Assembly: GCA_949286725.1 (NCBI GenBank)
Contig: CASECZ010000001.1
Location: 259,204 to 323,203 of the forward strand
Source: an uncultured Clostridia bacterium
GTDB lineage: Bacteria > Bacillota > Clostridia > Christensenellales > CAG-917
Direction of reading: 5' to 3'
Length of the DNA stretch: 64,000 bases
The notes beneath the pieces are model-generated. The model did not search any database, was not told the origin of the DNA, and saw only the letters and a program-made list of their open reading frames with translations. The translations under genes were made by a program, and so were the position numbers. This document shows, in pieces, positions 9,398 through 20,584 of this stretch (position 1 is its first letter; each line of letters starts with the position of its first letter).

Positions 9398-10978
9398 CTA
9401 AATTCCGCTTGCGCCGTAGTTGGACAGCACTCTCGCCGACGGGTCGGCGGCGTCCTTGCAACCCTCCCATTCGCGGTTGGGCATCCAGAAATCCGCAACC
9501 GTGTGCGCAGACTTCGGATAATACTTCCCGAATATTTCGCGGTAAAGCAGGCTTTCTTTGGTGAAAGGCTTTGCGAAATCGTATTTTGCGGACAGTTTTT
9601 CGAAGTCGTCGTCCGAATACAGGCTTTCGGCGTACTCTTTGAGTATGTCCACCATAGAATGACCCACCGCATCGGAAAACGCGGCTTTTTCGCGCATAAG
9701 GATTTCCTCGGGCAACCAGTCGCCGCGAAACGCCATACGCAAAAGATACTTTCCCTTATTGTGCGTGTTGAGTTTGAGCGCGGGATTGACGCTCATCACG
9801 TACCGCACGAAGTCGAGGTCACCGAAAGGCACGCGGGCTTCCATACTGTTGGATGATATGCACCTGTCTGCACGCAGAACATCGTACATATAGAGTTCGC
9901 GCACGCGCTTTGCCGCCTCATCCTGAAACGCCTGTGCCGAAGGGGCAAAGTCCGTGTATTTATAGCCGAAAAGTTCGTCCGATATCTCGCCCGTGAGCAA
10001 CACCCTGACGTCGGTGTGTTCGTGTATGTACTTGCAGACGAGATACATACCCACGCTTGCGCGGATTGTCGTGATGTCGTAAGTGCCGAGGACGGAAATC
10101 ACCTTTTCGAGCGACCCCAGCACGGTGTCGCGGTCGATGATGACTTCTGTGTGCTCGCTCTTGATGTAATTCGCAACTATACGCGCGTATTTGAGGTCTA
10201 TGGCGTCGGTGTTCATTCCGATTGCGAAGGTGCGTACGGGCTTTTTGAGTATCTTTGCTGCGACGGCGCATACAAGACTGCTGTCCAGCCCGCCCGACAG
10301 CAGGAAACCGAGCGGCGCGTCCGCATCCAGCCTCTTTTCTATGCCCGCAATCAGTTTCTCGCGGATTTTGCGCTCCACAGTCTGTTCGTCATCCTTGCTG
10401 TACTCCTTCACCTCGGTGACGTCCGTGTACCGCACGAACTTGCCTTCCGCATAGTAGTGCGCGGGCGGAAAGGCAAACACTTCCGTGACGACGGGTTCGA
10501 GGTTCTTTGCCTCCGACGCAAAGACGATTTTGCCCGACGGCGTATAGCCGTAAAACAGCGGGCGGATTCCTATCGGGTCGCGCGCGGCGACAAAATCACC
10601 CTTTTTCGCATCGTACAGCACCATTGCGAACTCGGCGTCCAGTCTGCGGAACATGTCCGTTCCGAACTCCTTATACAGCGGCAGAATGATTTCGCAGTCG
10701 CTGTCGCTTTTGAAGGAGTACTTCTTTTCCAGTTGTTTTTTCACGGGTCTGAACCCGTACAGTTCGCCGTTGCACACAACGGCGTTGCCATCCATATAAA
10801 AGGGTTGCATACCCTCCTCGGTCAGTCCCATAATGGACAGCCGCTGAAAGCCCATAATGCCGCCGCCCACTCGGGCTATGCGCGTCATGTCGGGACCTCT
10901 CGACTCCGTCGTCGCAAGCGCGGCGGCGAAAGTCTGTTCGCTCATATCGTCACTTGTATATACCATTATCGTACACAT
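9398..10978 (-). CDS. asnB: Asparagine synthase (glutamine-hydrolysing)
   Basis: N-terminal Met-Cys (Ntn nucleophile), PP-loop LLSGGLDSS, 526 aa. Confidence 0.9.
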   Translation of the reverse strand: MCTIMVYTSDDMSEQTFAAALATTESRGPDMTRIARVGGGIMGFQRLSIMGLTEEGMQPFYMDGNAVVCNGELYGFRPVKKQLEKKYSFKSDSDCEIILPLYKEFGTDMFRRLDAEFAMVLYDAKKGDFVAARDPIGIRPLFYGYTPSGKIVFASEAKNLEPVVTEVFAFPPAHYYAEGKFVRYTDVTEVKEYSKDDEQTVERKIREKLIAGIEKRLDADAPLGFLLSGGLDSSLVCAVAAKILKKPVRTFAIGMNTDAIDLKYARIVANYIKSEHTEVIIDRDTVLGSLEKVISVLGTYDITTIRASVGMYLVCKYIHEHTDVRVLLTGEISDELFGYKYTDFAPSAQAFQDEAAKRVRELYMYDVLRADRCISSNSMEARVPFGDLDFVRYVMSVNPALKLNTHNKGKYLLRMAFRGDWLPEEILMREKAAFSDAVGHSMVDILKEYAESLYSDDDFEKLSAKYDFAKPFTKESLLYREIFGKYYPKSAHTVADFWMPNREWEGCKDAADPSARVLSNYGASGI

Positions 10979-11018
10979 AACTGCCTCTTGCGTTGTCTGC
11001 GCCTTTCTGCGCCTCGTG

Positions 11019-12704
<1,686 letters not shown>

Positions 12705-12772
12705 TTATTCGGTTTTGTTTGCGCCGCGCAGGTCGCGCGCGGCACGCTCCGCCGCTTGTTACGCCGACGGAA

Positions 12773-14308
12773 CTATTCCCACTCTATCGTGGCGGGGGGT
12801 TTGCCCGTCACGTCGTAAACCACTCTGCCAACACCCGGAACTTCGTTGACAATCCGTTTCGACACCCGGTCGAGCAAGGAATACGGCAAGCGCGCGTACT
12901 CGCAGGTCATAAAGTCGGACGTGCGCACCGCACGCAACGCAAGTACGTACCCGTAGGTGCGGAAGTCCCCGACAACCCCCACGCTACGCGACGAGGTCAA
13001 CACCGCGAAATACTGGTCGGCACGTACGCGCGACTTTTCCGTTTCCTCGCGGAATATCGCGTCGGCGTCGCGCAGTATGTCCAGTTTCTCGGCGGTCACC
13101 TCGCCTATGACTCTGACGCCCAGTCCCGGTCCCGGGAAAGGCTGTCTTTCCACCCTCTGCCGCGACAAACCGAGTTTGCGGCCGAGCTTTCTCACTTCGT
13201 CCTTGAACAGCCCGCGCAAGGGTTCCACTATCCCCGCGAACTTCGTGTCGGCGGGCAATCCGCCCACGTTGTGATGGCTCTTGATGTTTGCGCTGTTGTT
13301 CGCGCCGCTCTCTATGACGTCGGGATATATCGTGCCCTGCGCAAGGAAATTGCCCGCGTATTTCGCGCTCTCTTTCTCGAACACCCGCACGAACTCCTCG
13401 CCGATTATCTTGCGTTTGGTTTCGGGGTCCGTCACGCCTTTCAGGCTGTCCAGAAAACGACGGCACGCGTCGACGCACACCAGGTCGAGAGATTTGCCTC
13501 CGAATTCCTTCGCGATTTCCTCGCCTTCGTTCTTTCTCATCATACCGTGGTCTACGAATATGCAGGTCAGACGGTTGGGGAGTGCCTCGGCAAGCAATGC
13601 CGCGGCGACAGCGGAGTCCACCCCGCCGCTCAGACCGAGCAGTACTCTGCCGTCCTCGCCCACCGTGTCGCGTATGCGACGGATTTCATTTTCGATATAC
13701 GCGTCGATTGTGTAATCGCCTTTTGCCTTGCACACCTTGTAAAGGAAGTTGCGGATTATGCGCTTGCCGCCGCGGGTGCGCTCCACTTCGGGGTGAAACT
13801 GCACCGCATAAAGTCCGCGGTCTGCATTCTCCGCCGCCGCGACGGGACACACCGCCGTGACCGCCGTGACCGTGAAACCCTGCGGCAGTTGCGACACGTA
13901 GTCCGTGTGGCTCATAAGCGCGGACAACGGCGTTTTAACTCCGTCGAACAACACGCTGTCGCCGACGACGTCCACGCGCGTGGTACCGTACTCCGACACC
14001 TCACAGGACGACACTTTTCCGCCCAGAACGTAACTCATCATCTGCATACCGTAACATATGCCGAGCACGGGTATGCCCAGTTCGAAAAGGGCTTTGTCCG
14101 CGCGCGGCGCGTCCTCTTCGTAAACGCTGTGCGGTCCGCCTGTAAGAATTATGCCTATAGGTGCGAGTTCACGCACCTTTTCGACGGGGGTTGACCCCGG
14201 CAGTATGACGGAATGCACGCGGTTTTCGCGCACGGTGCGCGCGATGAGTTCCTTGTACTGCCCGCCGAAATCAAGCACTAATATCGTCTGGTGAATCGTG
14301 TTTTTCAT
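12773..14308 (-). CDS. guaA: GMP synthase (glutamine-hydrolysing)
   Basis: ILVLDFGGQY GATase N-terminus, PP-loop GLSGGVDSAV, C-terminal ATIEWE. Confidence 0.95.
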   Translation of the reverse strand: MKNTIHQTILVLDFGGQYKELIARTVRENRVHSVILPGSTPVEKVRELAPIGIILTGGPHSVYEEDAPRADKALFELGIPVLGICYGMQMMSYVLGGKVSSCEVSEYGTTRVDVVGDSVLFDGVKTPLSALMSHTDYVSQLPQGFTVTAVTAVCPVAAAENADRGLYAVQFHPEVERTRGGKRIIRNFLYKVCKAKGDYTIDAYIENEIRRIRDTVGEDGRVLLGLSGGVDSAVAAALLAEALPNRLTCIFVDHGMMRKNEGEEIAKEFGGKSLDLVCVDACRRFLDSLKGVTDPETKRKIIGEEFVRVFEKESAKYAGNFLAQGTIYPDVIESGANNSANIKSHHNVGGLPADTKFAGIVEPLRGLFKDEVRKLGRKLGLSRQRVERQPFPGPGLGVRVIGEVTAEKLDILRDADAIFREETEKSRVRADQYFAVLTSSRSVGVVGDFRTYGYVLALRAVRTSDFMTCEYARLPYSLLDRVSKRIVNEVPGVGRVVYDVTGKPPATIEWE

Positions 14309-14852
14309 AGTTCCTTATTATGTTGTCCGCCACGGCGCGGCGTGAAAGTCTGTTGTCCATTGCCGTTTTTTCTATGAACCTGTGCGCGGACTGCTCCGTC
14401 ATGTTCCGCTTCTCCATAAGCAGACATTTGGCGCGGCTTACCGCCTTTGTTTCGTTCACTTTGTTTTTAAGGCGTGCGTTTTCCTTTCTCAGAGAAAGAC
14501 ACGACCTGTGTATGGCGCGCACCTGCGCAAGCAAAACGACGGGCGCGGCGCAGAACGCTCTCTCGTCCACGGCGAAAACGCCGTGCAATGCAAGCGTCGC
14601 CGCGGTCGATGCGGGCAAAGTGCGAGCGAGGAATATCACGGCGGCATCCGTGCTGTCGGCAACGGTCGCCGCGTACGTCGCTCCCGTGCCGTCGGAGTGC
14701 TGTCGGATTACGACGAAATCCCCGTCCGTAAGGTTGCGTGCCGAACTTGCGAAGTCGCCCTCCGAAAGGGGTGTCGCGGCAATACCGACGCTTGTCAGCA
14801 GTCGGACGAGGACTTTTGTATCGGGGTCCGAAATCAGTATTGCCCTTGACAT
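14271..14852 (-). CDS. ANTAR-domain RNA-binding regulator with a degenerate receiver-like N-terminal domain
   Basis: The C-terminal AVSRAKCLLMEKRNMTEQSAHRFIEKTAMDNRLSRRAVADNII fits the ANTAR three-helix pattern. The N-terminal ~110 aa is REC-like (AILISDPD...) but I cannot find the canonical phospho-acceptor/Lys pocket. The 3' end overlaps the guaA start by 38 nt. Confidence 0.75.
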   Translation of the reverse strand: MSRAILISDPDTKVLVRLLTSVGIAATPLSEGDFASSARNLTDGDFVVIRQHSDGTGATYAATVADSTDAAVIFLARTLPASTAATLALHGVFAVDERAFCAAPVVLLAQVRAIHRSCLSLRKENARLKNKVNETKAVSRAKCLLMEKRNMTEQSAHRFIEKTAMDNRLSRRAVADNIIRNYEKHDSPDDISA

Positions 14853-14883
14853 TTTTGCACTTCCCGCAAAAAAATATGTCGGC

Positions 14884-14913
14884 AGAATACTATTGTTTGC
14901 CCCCTGCTGTCAA
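14884..14913 (-). promoter_or_regulatory. Candidate promoter of the ANTAR-guaA operon (TTGACA-18-TATTCT on the minus strand)
   Basis: The complement of 14908-14913 is TTGACA and the complement of 14884-14889 is TATTCT. A/T tracts lie upstream. Confidence 0.4.
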
Positions 14914-15126
14914 GAATTTTTTTTGCATTTTTTCAAAAAAAATCTCTACGAAACCGCTATGAAATTTTTGCAAAAAAATTGCGTCGATTTTGTTGACGAA
15001 ACGGGGGGTCATAATATAAACTTTTCCGTGTCGCCCCCCTTTGAGGGCGATTTGTTTTATCGGCGTGTCAAATGGAAACCCCGACTTCGGAAATCCCGCG
15101 GACGCGCACCCCGAAAGGCACGGAAA

Positions 15127-15156
15127 CATAACGAAAGCGCACCCCGAAAGGTGCGC
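15127..15156 (-). terminator. Terminator downstream of purA
   Basis: GCGCACC-CCGAAA-GGTGCGC hairpin (15137-15156) followed on the minus strand by TTTCGTTATG. A degenerate copy of the same 15-mer lies 40 nt further on. Confidence 0.5.
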
Positions 15157-15209
15157 CTACTCATTCTGTTTTTCTTTGCTCCGCTTTGCAAATTAATTCC
15201 GGTCGCTTG

Positions 15210-16481
15210 CTAACGAATGACGATACTGTCGCGCTCTGCGCCGACGGACACGTATTTCACGGGAGTGGCAACCGCCTTTTCAATATAGTCCACGTACGCG
15301 CGCGCCTGTGCGGGAAGCTCGTCGAAGGAACGGCAGGCGGTCGTGGAACACTTCCACCCGTCGAGATACACAACATGGGGTTTTGCCTTTTCCAGTTTTT
15401 CGCCGAAGGGGAACTCGGTGACGAGCTCGCCGTCGATTTCGTACGCGTCGACGACGGGAATTTTTTCCATACCGTCGAGAATGTCCAGTTTGGTGAGTGC
15501 GAGTTCGTCCGCCGCCTGCATTCTGCAACCGTAACGCGATGCAACCACATCGAAACCTCCGACTCTGCGCGGTCTGCCGGTCGCCGCGCCGTATTCGCCG
15601 CCCGCTTCGCGCAGTCTGACCGCTTCTTCGCCGAACATTTCCGCCGTGAACGGACCTTCGCCCACACAGGTGGAATACGCTTTCATAATGCCCACCGTCT
15701 TGTCCACGCGCAGATTGGGCACGCCCGCACCTATGGGAGCGTACGCCGACACCGTGTTTGAGGACGAGGTGTAAGGGTAAATGCCGAAGTCTATGTCGCG
15801 CAGTGCGCCGAGTTGCGCCTCGAACATTATGTTCTTGCCCTCTTGCGCCACCGCGGTGAGGTAGTTGCCCACGTCGCAGATATAAGGACGGAACCTGTCG
15901 CCGTACTCGTGCAACCACTCCGTCATCTCGTCCACACCGAAGGTCTTTGCACCCTTGTACGCGCTGAGACACATATTCTTCCAGTCCAGCACCTCTTCGA
16001 GGCGTTTGGCTAGATAATCGGGATGCAGCAAGTCACCCATACGGATTGCCTTTTTCATATACTTGTCGGCGTAAATCGGCGCAATACCTCTGCGGGTGGA
16101 ACCGAACTTCCTGTCTCCGAGCCTGTCCTCTTCCAGACAGTCCTGCATCACGTTGAAAGGAAAGCATATCGCCGCGCGGTCGCTGATTTTGAGGTTGTCG
16201 GGAGTGATGACGACGCCCGCTTCGCGCAGTTTGTCGGTCTCTTTTGCAAGGTGCGCCACGTCGATGACCATACCGCCGCCCATCACGTTGACCTTGTCCT
16301 CGCGCAGAATGCCCGAAGGCAGAAGGTTGAGCACGAATTTGCCCTTGTGATTGATGACGGTGTGTCCTGCGTTGTTGCCGCCCTGATAGCGGACGATGAC
16401 GTCTTGTCCGTCGGAAAGCAGGTCGACCATACGACCTTTGCCTTCGTCACCCCAGTTGATGCCTACGATTGCTGTGAGCAT
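15210..16481 (-). CDS. purA: Adenylosuccinate synthetase
   Basis: MLTAIVGINWGDEGKGRMVD P-loop N-terminus, 423 aa. Confidence 0.95.
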   Translation of the reverse strand: MLTAIVGINWGDEGKGRMVDLLSDGQDVIVRYQGGNNAGHTVINHKGKFVLNLLPSGILREDKVNVMGGGMVIDVAHLAKETDKLREAGVVITPDNLKISDRAAICFPFNVMQDCLEEDRLGDRKFGSTRRGIAPIYADKYMKKAIRMGDLLHPDYLAKRLEEVLDWKNMCLSAYKGAKTFGVDEMTEWLHEYGDRFRPYICDVGNYLTAVAQEGKNIMFEAQLGALRDIDFGIYPYTSSSNTVSAYAPIGAGVPNLRVDKTVGIMKAYSTCVGEGPFTAEMFGEEAVRLREAGGEYGAATGRPRRVGGFDVVASRYGCRMQAADELALTKLDILDGMEKIPVVDAYEIDGELVTEFPFGEKLEKAKPHVVYLDGWKCSTTACRSFDELPAQARAYVDYIEKAVATPVKYVSVGAERDSIVIR

Positions 16482-16548
16482 AATTCACCTCTAAATGATT
16501 CAGCCCGCCTGTGGGCGGGCAGGATTGCGGCGTCGTTGCCGCAGTTGT

Positions 16549-17979
16549 TCAGACTCTGATTTGCGCTGACGTGGAAGCGTCGGCTCCGTTCGCTTCTATT
16601 ATGGGAGCAACGACTTCTGCAAGATATTCCTCGGTCTGTTCCTTGGCGCGCCCGACAAACTGACGGACGTCCATAATCTTGTCGAGCTCCTCCCTGGAAA
16701 GACCGAAGGTCGGGTCGGCGAGTATGCGCGACAAAAGGTCGTTTTCGCCGCCCTCTTCTTTGACGACGGCAGCAGCCGCCACGGAATGTTTTCTGATTGC
16801 CTCGTGCAGTTCCTGACGGTCGCCGCCCTTCTCTTTGACGCAGTACATCAAAATGTTCTCCGTCGCCATAAACGGCAGTTCACGGTTCAGATTGCGCTCG
16901 ATAATCTTCGGATACAGTTTCAGACCGCCGATTACGTTGATGTAAAGCGACAGGACGGCGTCGATGGCGAGGAATGCCTCGGGCACGCTGATACGCTTGT
17001 TCGCGCTGTCGTCGAGAGTGCGCTCGAACCACTGCGTCGCGGCAGTCACCGCGGGGTTCATCGTGTCGCAGATGACGTAACGCGAAAGCGACGCCATACG
17101 TTCCGAACGCATAGGATTGCGCTTGTACGCCATTGCCGACGAACCTATCTGTTTGCTCTCGAAAGGCTCTTCGACCTCTTTGAGATTGGAAAGCAGTCTT
17201 ATGTCGTTGGAGAACTTGGTCGCGCTCTGCGCTATACCGCACAACACGGAGAGTACGTTGTAATCGACTTTGCGGGAATAGGTCTGCCCGCTCACGGGGT
17301 ATGTGTCGTCGAAACCCATTTTCTCTGCGATGAGTTTGTCGAGTTTCTTGACCTTTTCGTGGTCGCCCTCGAACAGTTCGAGGAAACTCGCCGCCGTGCC
17401 AGTCGTACCCTTGCAACCCAGAAGTTTGAGCGAGCCGAGCTGGAAATCGAGGTTGGAAAGGTCCATGACCAGGTCGTTGAGCCAGAGCGTGGCGCGTTTG
17501 CCAACCGTGGTGGGCTGAGCGGGCTGATAGTGCGTGTAAGCGAGCGTGGGCAAATCCTTGTTGCGGGCGGCGAAATCCGCCACACCCTTTATCGCGGCAA
17601 GCAGGAGCGAACGTATCTGTTTCAGCCCCATGCTCATCTGAATGATGTCCGTGTTGTCGCCGACGTAACAGGACGTCGCGCCGAGGTGGATTATGGGTTT
17701 CGCCTTCGGGCAGGCTTTGCCGTAGGTCAGCACGTGCGCCATAACGTCGTGCCGCACTTCCTTCTCCCGCTCCTTGGCGTAGTCGTAGTCGATGTCGGTC
17801 ACGTGCGCTTTGAGTTCGGCAATCTGTTCGTCCGTAATCGCGATACCCAGCTCTTTTTCGGCTTCGGCAAGCGCAATCCAGAGTTTGCGCCAGGTCGTAA
17901 ACTTGAAATCGGGCGAGAAGATGTGTTTCATCGTATCGCTTGCGTATCTCTCGCAGAGAGGAGAAACGTATGTGTCCAT
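16549..17979 (-). CDS. purB: Adenylosuccinate lyase
   Basis: Fumarate-lyase signature GSSAMAYKRNP. The start was set at the ATG at 17979 (MDTYVSPLCERY) behind GGAGG; the track start is 34 codons upstream. Confidence 0.95.
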   Translation of the reverse strand: MDTYVSPLCERYASDTMKHIFSPDFKFTTWRKLWIALAEAEKELGIAITDEQIAELKAHVTDIDYDYAKEREKEVRHDVMAHVLTYGKACPKAKPIIHLGATSCYVGDNTDIIQMSMGLKQIRSLLLAAIKGVADFAARNKDLPTLAYTHYQPAQPTTVGKRATLWLNDLVMDLSNLDFQLGSLKLLGCKGTTGTAASFLELFEGDHEKVKKLDKLIAEKMGFDDTYPVSGQTYSRKVDYNVLSVLCGIAQSATKFSNDIRLLSNLKEVEEPFESKQIGSSAMAYKRNPMRSERMASLSRYVICDTMNPAVTAATQWFERTLDDSANKRISVPEAFLAIDAVLSLYINVIGGLKLYPKIIERNLNRELPFMATENILMYCVKEKGGDRQELHEAIRKHSVAAAAVVKEEGGENDLLSRILADPTFGLSREELDKIMDVRQFVGRAKEQTEEYLAEVVAPIIEANGADASTSAQIRV

Positions 17980-18081
17980 ATCCGCCTCCGAAAAATATAA
18001 AAGTGTCCAAAACGGTTTCTCCGACCCGCCTCCGTCGGCGAGCGGCAGAAACGCCCGAACACTTCCTCGTATTTCTCCCAA

Positions 18082-18110
18082 AATATAACAAATTTTCCGC
18101 GAACTGTCAA
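18082..18110 (-). promoter_or_regulatory. purB promoter (TTGACA-17-TATATT on the minus strand)
   Basis: The complement of 18105-18110 is TTGACA and the complement of 18082-18087 is TATATT. Confidence 0.5.
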
Positions 18111-18118
18111 TTAAATCC

Positions 18119-18148
18119 TTGACATTGCCGCGGGTGGACGCTTATAAT
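18119..18148 (+). promoter_or_regulatory. Distal promoter P1 upstream of glnN (TTGACA-18-TATAAT)
   Basis: TTGACA at 18119-18124 and TATAAT at 18143-18148. It sits back to back with the purB promoter. Confidence 0.55.
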
Positions 18149-18163
18149 CTTCAGCGTAAAGGC

Positions 18164-18200
18164 AAGGACGTCTTTCCGCAGGGAGAGGCGTCTTTTCCTT
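18164..18200 (+). terminator. Leader stem-loop plus U-tract just downstream of P1 (attenuator candidate)
   Basis: 14-bp stem including G-U pairs: AAGGACGTCTTTCC-GCAG-GGAGAGGCGTCTTT, followed by TCCTTTTCC. Its 3' half (18178-18190) can alternatively pair with CGCCCTCCCTGC at 18217-18228. Confidence 0.45.
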
Positions 18201-18259
18201 TTCCTCGCCAATCGTGCGCCCTCCCTGCCCCTTGTCTTTATCCAAAGCCTCTCAATGGC

Positions 18260-18288
18260 TTGCATTATCGACTGAAATTAACTATAAT
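18260..18288 (+). promoter_or_regulatory. Proximal promoter P2 of glnN (TTGCAT-17-TATAAT)
   Basis: TTGCAT at 18260-18265 and TATAAT at 18283-18288, about 40 nt upstream of the ATG. Confidence 0.45.
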
Positions 18289-18326
18289 ACTTATATTGAC
18301 GCGTTCCGCGTCGGAAGGAGTAATCT

Positions 18327-20414
18327 ATGGTAATGTCCGAATTGTTCGGGAGTATGGTTTTCAACGAACAGGTGATGAGCGAACGTCTCCCGAAAAACAC
18401 CTACAAAGAGTTCAAGGAATGCTGCGCGGGCGACCGCCCTCTGCCCCTCGAAACGGCAAACGTCATCGCAAACGCGATGAAGGACTGGGCCGTCGAAAAG
18501 GGCGTAACCCATTTCACGCACTGGTTCCAGCCTATGACGGGACTTTCCGCCGAAAAGCACGACTCCTTCATCTCGCCCACCAAGGACGGCGGCGTGATTA
18601 TGGAATTCAGCGGCAAGGAACTCATCAAAGGCGAACCCGACGCGAGTTCTTTCCCCAGCGGCGGACTGCGCGCCACCTTCGAAGCGCGCGGCTATACCGC
18701 GTGGGACCCCACCTCCTATGCCTTCATAAAAGACGGCATACTCTGCATTCCCACGGCGTTTTGCAGCTATAACGGACACGCCCTCGACAAGAAAACGCCT
18801 CTGTTGCGTTCGATGGAAGCCGTCAGCCGCGAAGCCGTCAAACTGCTCCGTCTGTTCGGCAGAAAGACCGAAAAGGTTTCCTCTGCGGTGGGACCCGAAC
18901 AGGAATACTTCCTCATCGACACCAAAGCCTTCGAGAAACGCCGCGACCTGCTCTACACGGGCAGAACACTGTTCGGCGCAAAACCTCCGAAGGGTCAGGA
19001 ACTCGACGACCACTATTTCGGCGCAATCAAACCCCGCGTCGCCGCATTCATGCGCAACCTCGACGAGGAACTGTGGAAACTGGGTGTACTCTCAAAGACC
19101 AAACACAACGAAGTCGCGCCCGCACAGCACGAACTTGCGCCCATATACACGACCGTAAACGTCGCCACCGACCAGAACCAGCTGACAATGGAAACCATGC
19201 GCAAAGTCGCCGCCAAACACGGCATGACCTGTCTGTTGCACGAAAAACCCTTTGAGGGCGTCAACGGCAGCGGCAAGCATAACAACTGGTCTTTGGTCAC
19301 CAATTTCGGGCACAATATATTCGAACCCGGCAAAAGCCCCGCCGACAACGCGCAGTTCCTGCTCATAATGGCGCTTATGATTGCCGCGGTTGACAAACAT
19401 CAGGATTTGCTGCGCATAAGCGTGGCAAGCGCGGGCAACGACCACCGTCTGGGTGCGAACGAAGCGCCGCCCGCAATCGTCAGTATGTACCTCGGTGACG
19501 AGCTTACGGGAATATTGCAGGCAATAGCCGACGGACGCACCTACTCCAAACGCGCGGCGTGCGAAGTGGAAATCGGCGTGCACGTCCTGCCCAAATTCGC
19601 AATGGACAGCACGGACAGAAACCGCACTTCTCCCCTCGCTTTCACGGGCAACAAGTTCGAGTTCAGAATGTTGGGTTCGGCATTTTCCATCGCGGACACC
19701 AATACGGTGCTCAACACGATAATCGCCGACGAGTTCGCGGCGGCGGCGGAAGAACTGGCGAAAGCCGAGGACTTCAACGCCTGCATACGCGACATAATCG
19801 GCAGAATAATGCGCGAACACGGTCGTATCATTTTCAACGGCAACAACTACTCCGACGAATGGGTGCGCGAGGCGAAAAAACGCGGACTGCTCAACCTGCC
19901 CTCCACGATGGACTGCCTGCCCTATCTCGACTCGGAAGAAAACATCGCTCTGTTTGCCCGCCACGGCGTACTGACGGAAGCCGAACTCAAAAGCCGTAAG
20001 GACATACTCATCGAGAACTACTGCAAACTCATTCACATCGAGGCGAACACTATGCTCGATATGGCGCAGAAGGACATACTGCCCGCGGTGACGTCCTACG
20101 AAAAGGAACTGACGCACACCATAGAAGGGCTCAGAAAAGCGGGAATTGCAAAGCCCGCGCAAACCGCACTGGTGGAAAAGCTCAATTCGCTGTATGCGGA
20201 AGCCGTCAAACAAATCGAAGTTCTGAAAAAGGCGCTCGAAACGGCGCACGCCGCCGCGGAAAAAGGCTGGCTGGAATGCGGCTTTGCCTACCGCGACAAA
20301 GTCATCCCCGCAATGAACGCGTTGCGCGCCGCCGCCGACGAAATGGAAGTCAACACGGCAAAGAAGTACTGGCCTTTCCCGACCTACGGCGACCTGCTCT
20401 TCTCCGTGAACTGA
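18327..20414 (+). CDS. glnN: Type III glutamine synthetase
   Basis: 695 aa, which is GSIII size. N-terminal [14 protein letters not shown]...[12 protein letters not shown], with the catalytic region KHNNWS and [25 protein letters not shown]. Confidence 0.9.
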   Translation: MVMSELFGSMVFNEQVMSERLPKNTYKEFKECCAGDRPLPLETANVIANAMKDWAVEKGVTHFTHWFQPMTGLSAEKHDSFISPTKDGGVIMEFSGKELIKGEPDASSFPSGGLRATFEARGYTAWDPTSYAFIKDGILCIPTAFCSYNGHALDKKTPLLRSMEAVSREAVKLLRLFGRKTEKVSSAVGPEQEYFLIDTKAFEKRRDLLYTGRTLFGAKPPKGQELDDHYFGAIKPRVAAFMRNLDEELWKLGVLSKTKHNEVAPAQHELAPIYTTVNVATDQNQLTMETMRKVAAKHGMTCLLHEKPFEGVNGSGKHNNWSLVTNFGHNIFEPGKSPADNAQFLLIMALMIAAVDKHQDLLRISVASAGNDHRLGANEAPPAIVSMYLGDELTGILQAIADGRTYSKRAACEVEIGVHVLPKFAMDSTDRNRTSPLAFTGNKFEFRMLGSAFSIADTNTVLNTIIADEFAAAAEELAKAEDFNACIRDIIGRIMREHGRIIFNGNNYSDEWVREAKKRGLLNLPSTMDCLPYLDSEENIALFARHGVLTEAELKSRKDILIENYCKLIHIEANTMLDMAQKDILPAVTSYEKELTHTIEGLRKAGIAKPAQTALVEKLNSLYAEAVKQIEVLKKALETAHAAAEKGWLECGFAYRDKVIPAMNALRAAADEMEVNTAKKYWPFPTYGDLLFSVN

Positions 20415-20436
20415 CCGTGACACCCAACCGAATACG

Positions 20437-20467
20437 ACGCGCTCCGCAATCCGCGGGGCGCGTTTTT
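20437..20467 (+). terminator. glnN terminator
   Basis: 11-bp GC-rich stem ACGCGCTCCGC-AATCC-GCGGGGCGCGT followed by TTTT. Confidence 0.7.
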
Positions 20468-20541
20468 CGCAGGCGCGGAGGTTTTGAGGTTTTCGGCGAC
20501 GCATTCCGTTCCGTTTTCGGAAAATACGGAAAATATCGGTA

Positions 20542-20570
20542 TTGACATACACGCGCGCGAGCGGTAAACT
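20542..20570 (+). promoter_or_regulatory. Candidate promoter (TTGACA-17-TAAACT) for the uORF-GNAT unit
   Basis: TTGACA at 20542-20547 and TAAACT at 20565-20570. Confidence 0.4.
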
Positions 20571-20584
20571 GAAAAAAAGGGGAG

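Noticed and set aside
14890-15129. 79-aa ORF between purA and the ANTAR gene
   Set aside because: It has no RBS, it covers A/T-tract promoter DNA and terminator hairpins, and it has no motif.
17980-18081. Purine or ZTP riboswitch in the purB leader
   Set aside because: I could not find the conserved purine-riboswitch loops or the ZTP pfl-motif blocks. It is only a GC-rich ~95-nt leader.
18290-18326. Glutamine (glnA-type) riboswitch immediately upstream of glnN
   Set aside because: Only a short GACGCG-TTC-CGCGTC hairpin next to the RBS is present. I did not recognise the conserved glnA-motif E-loop/pseudoknot sequences.
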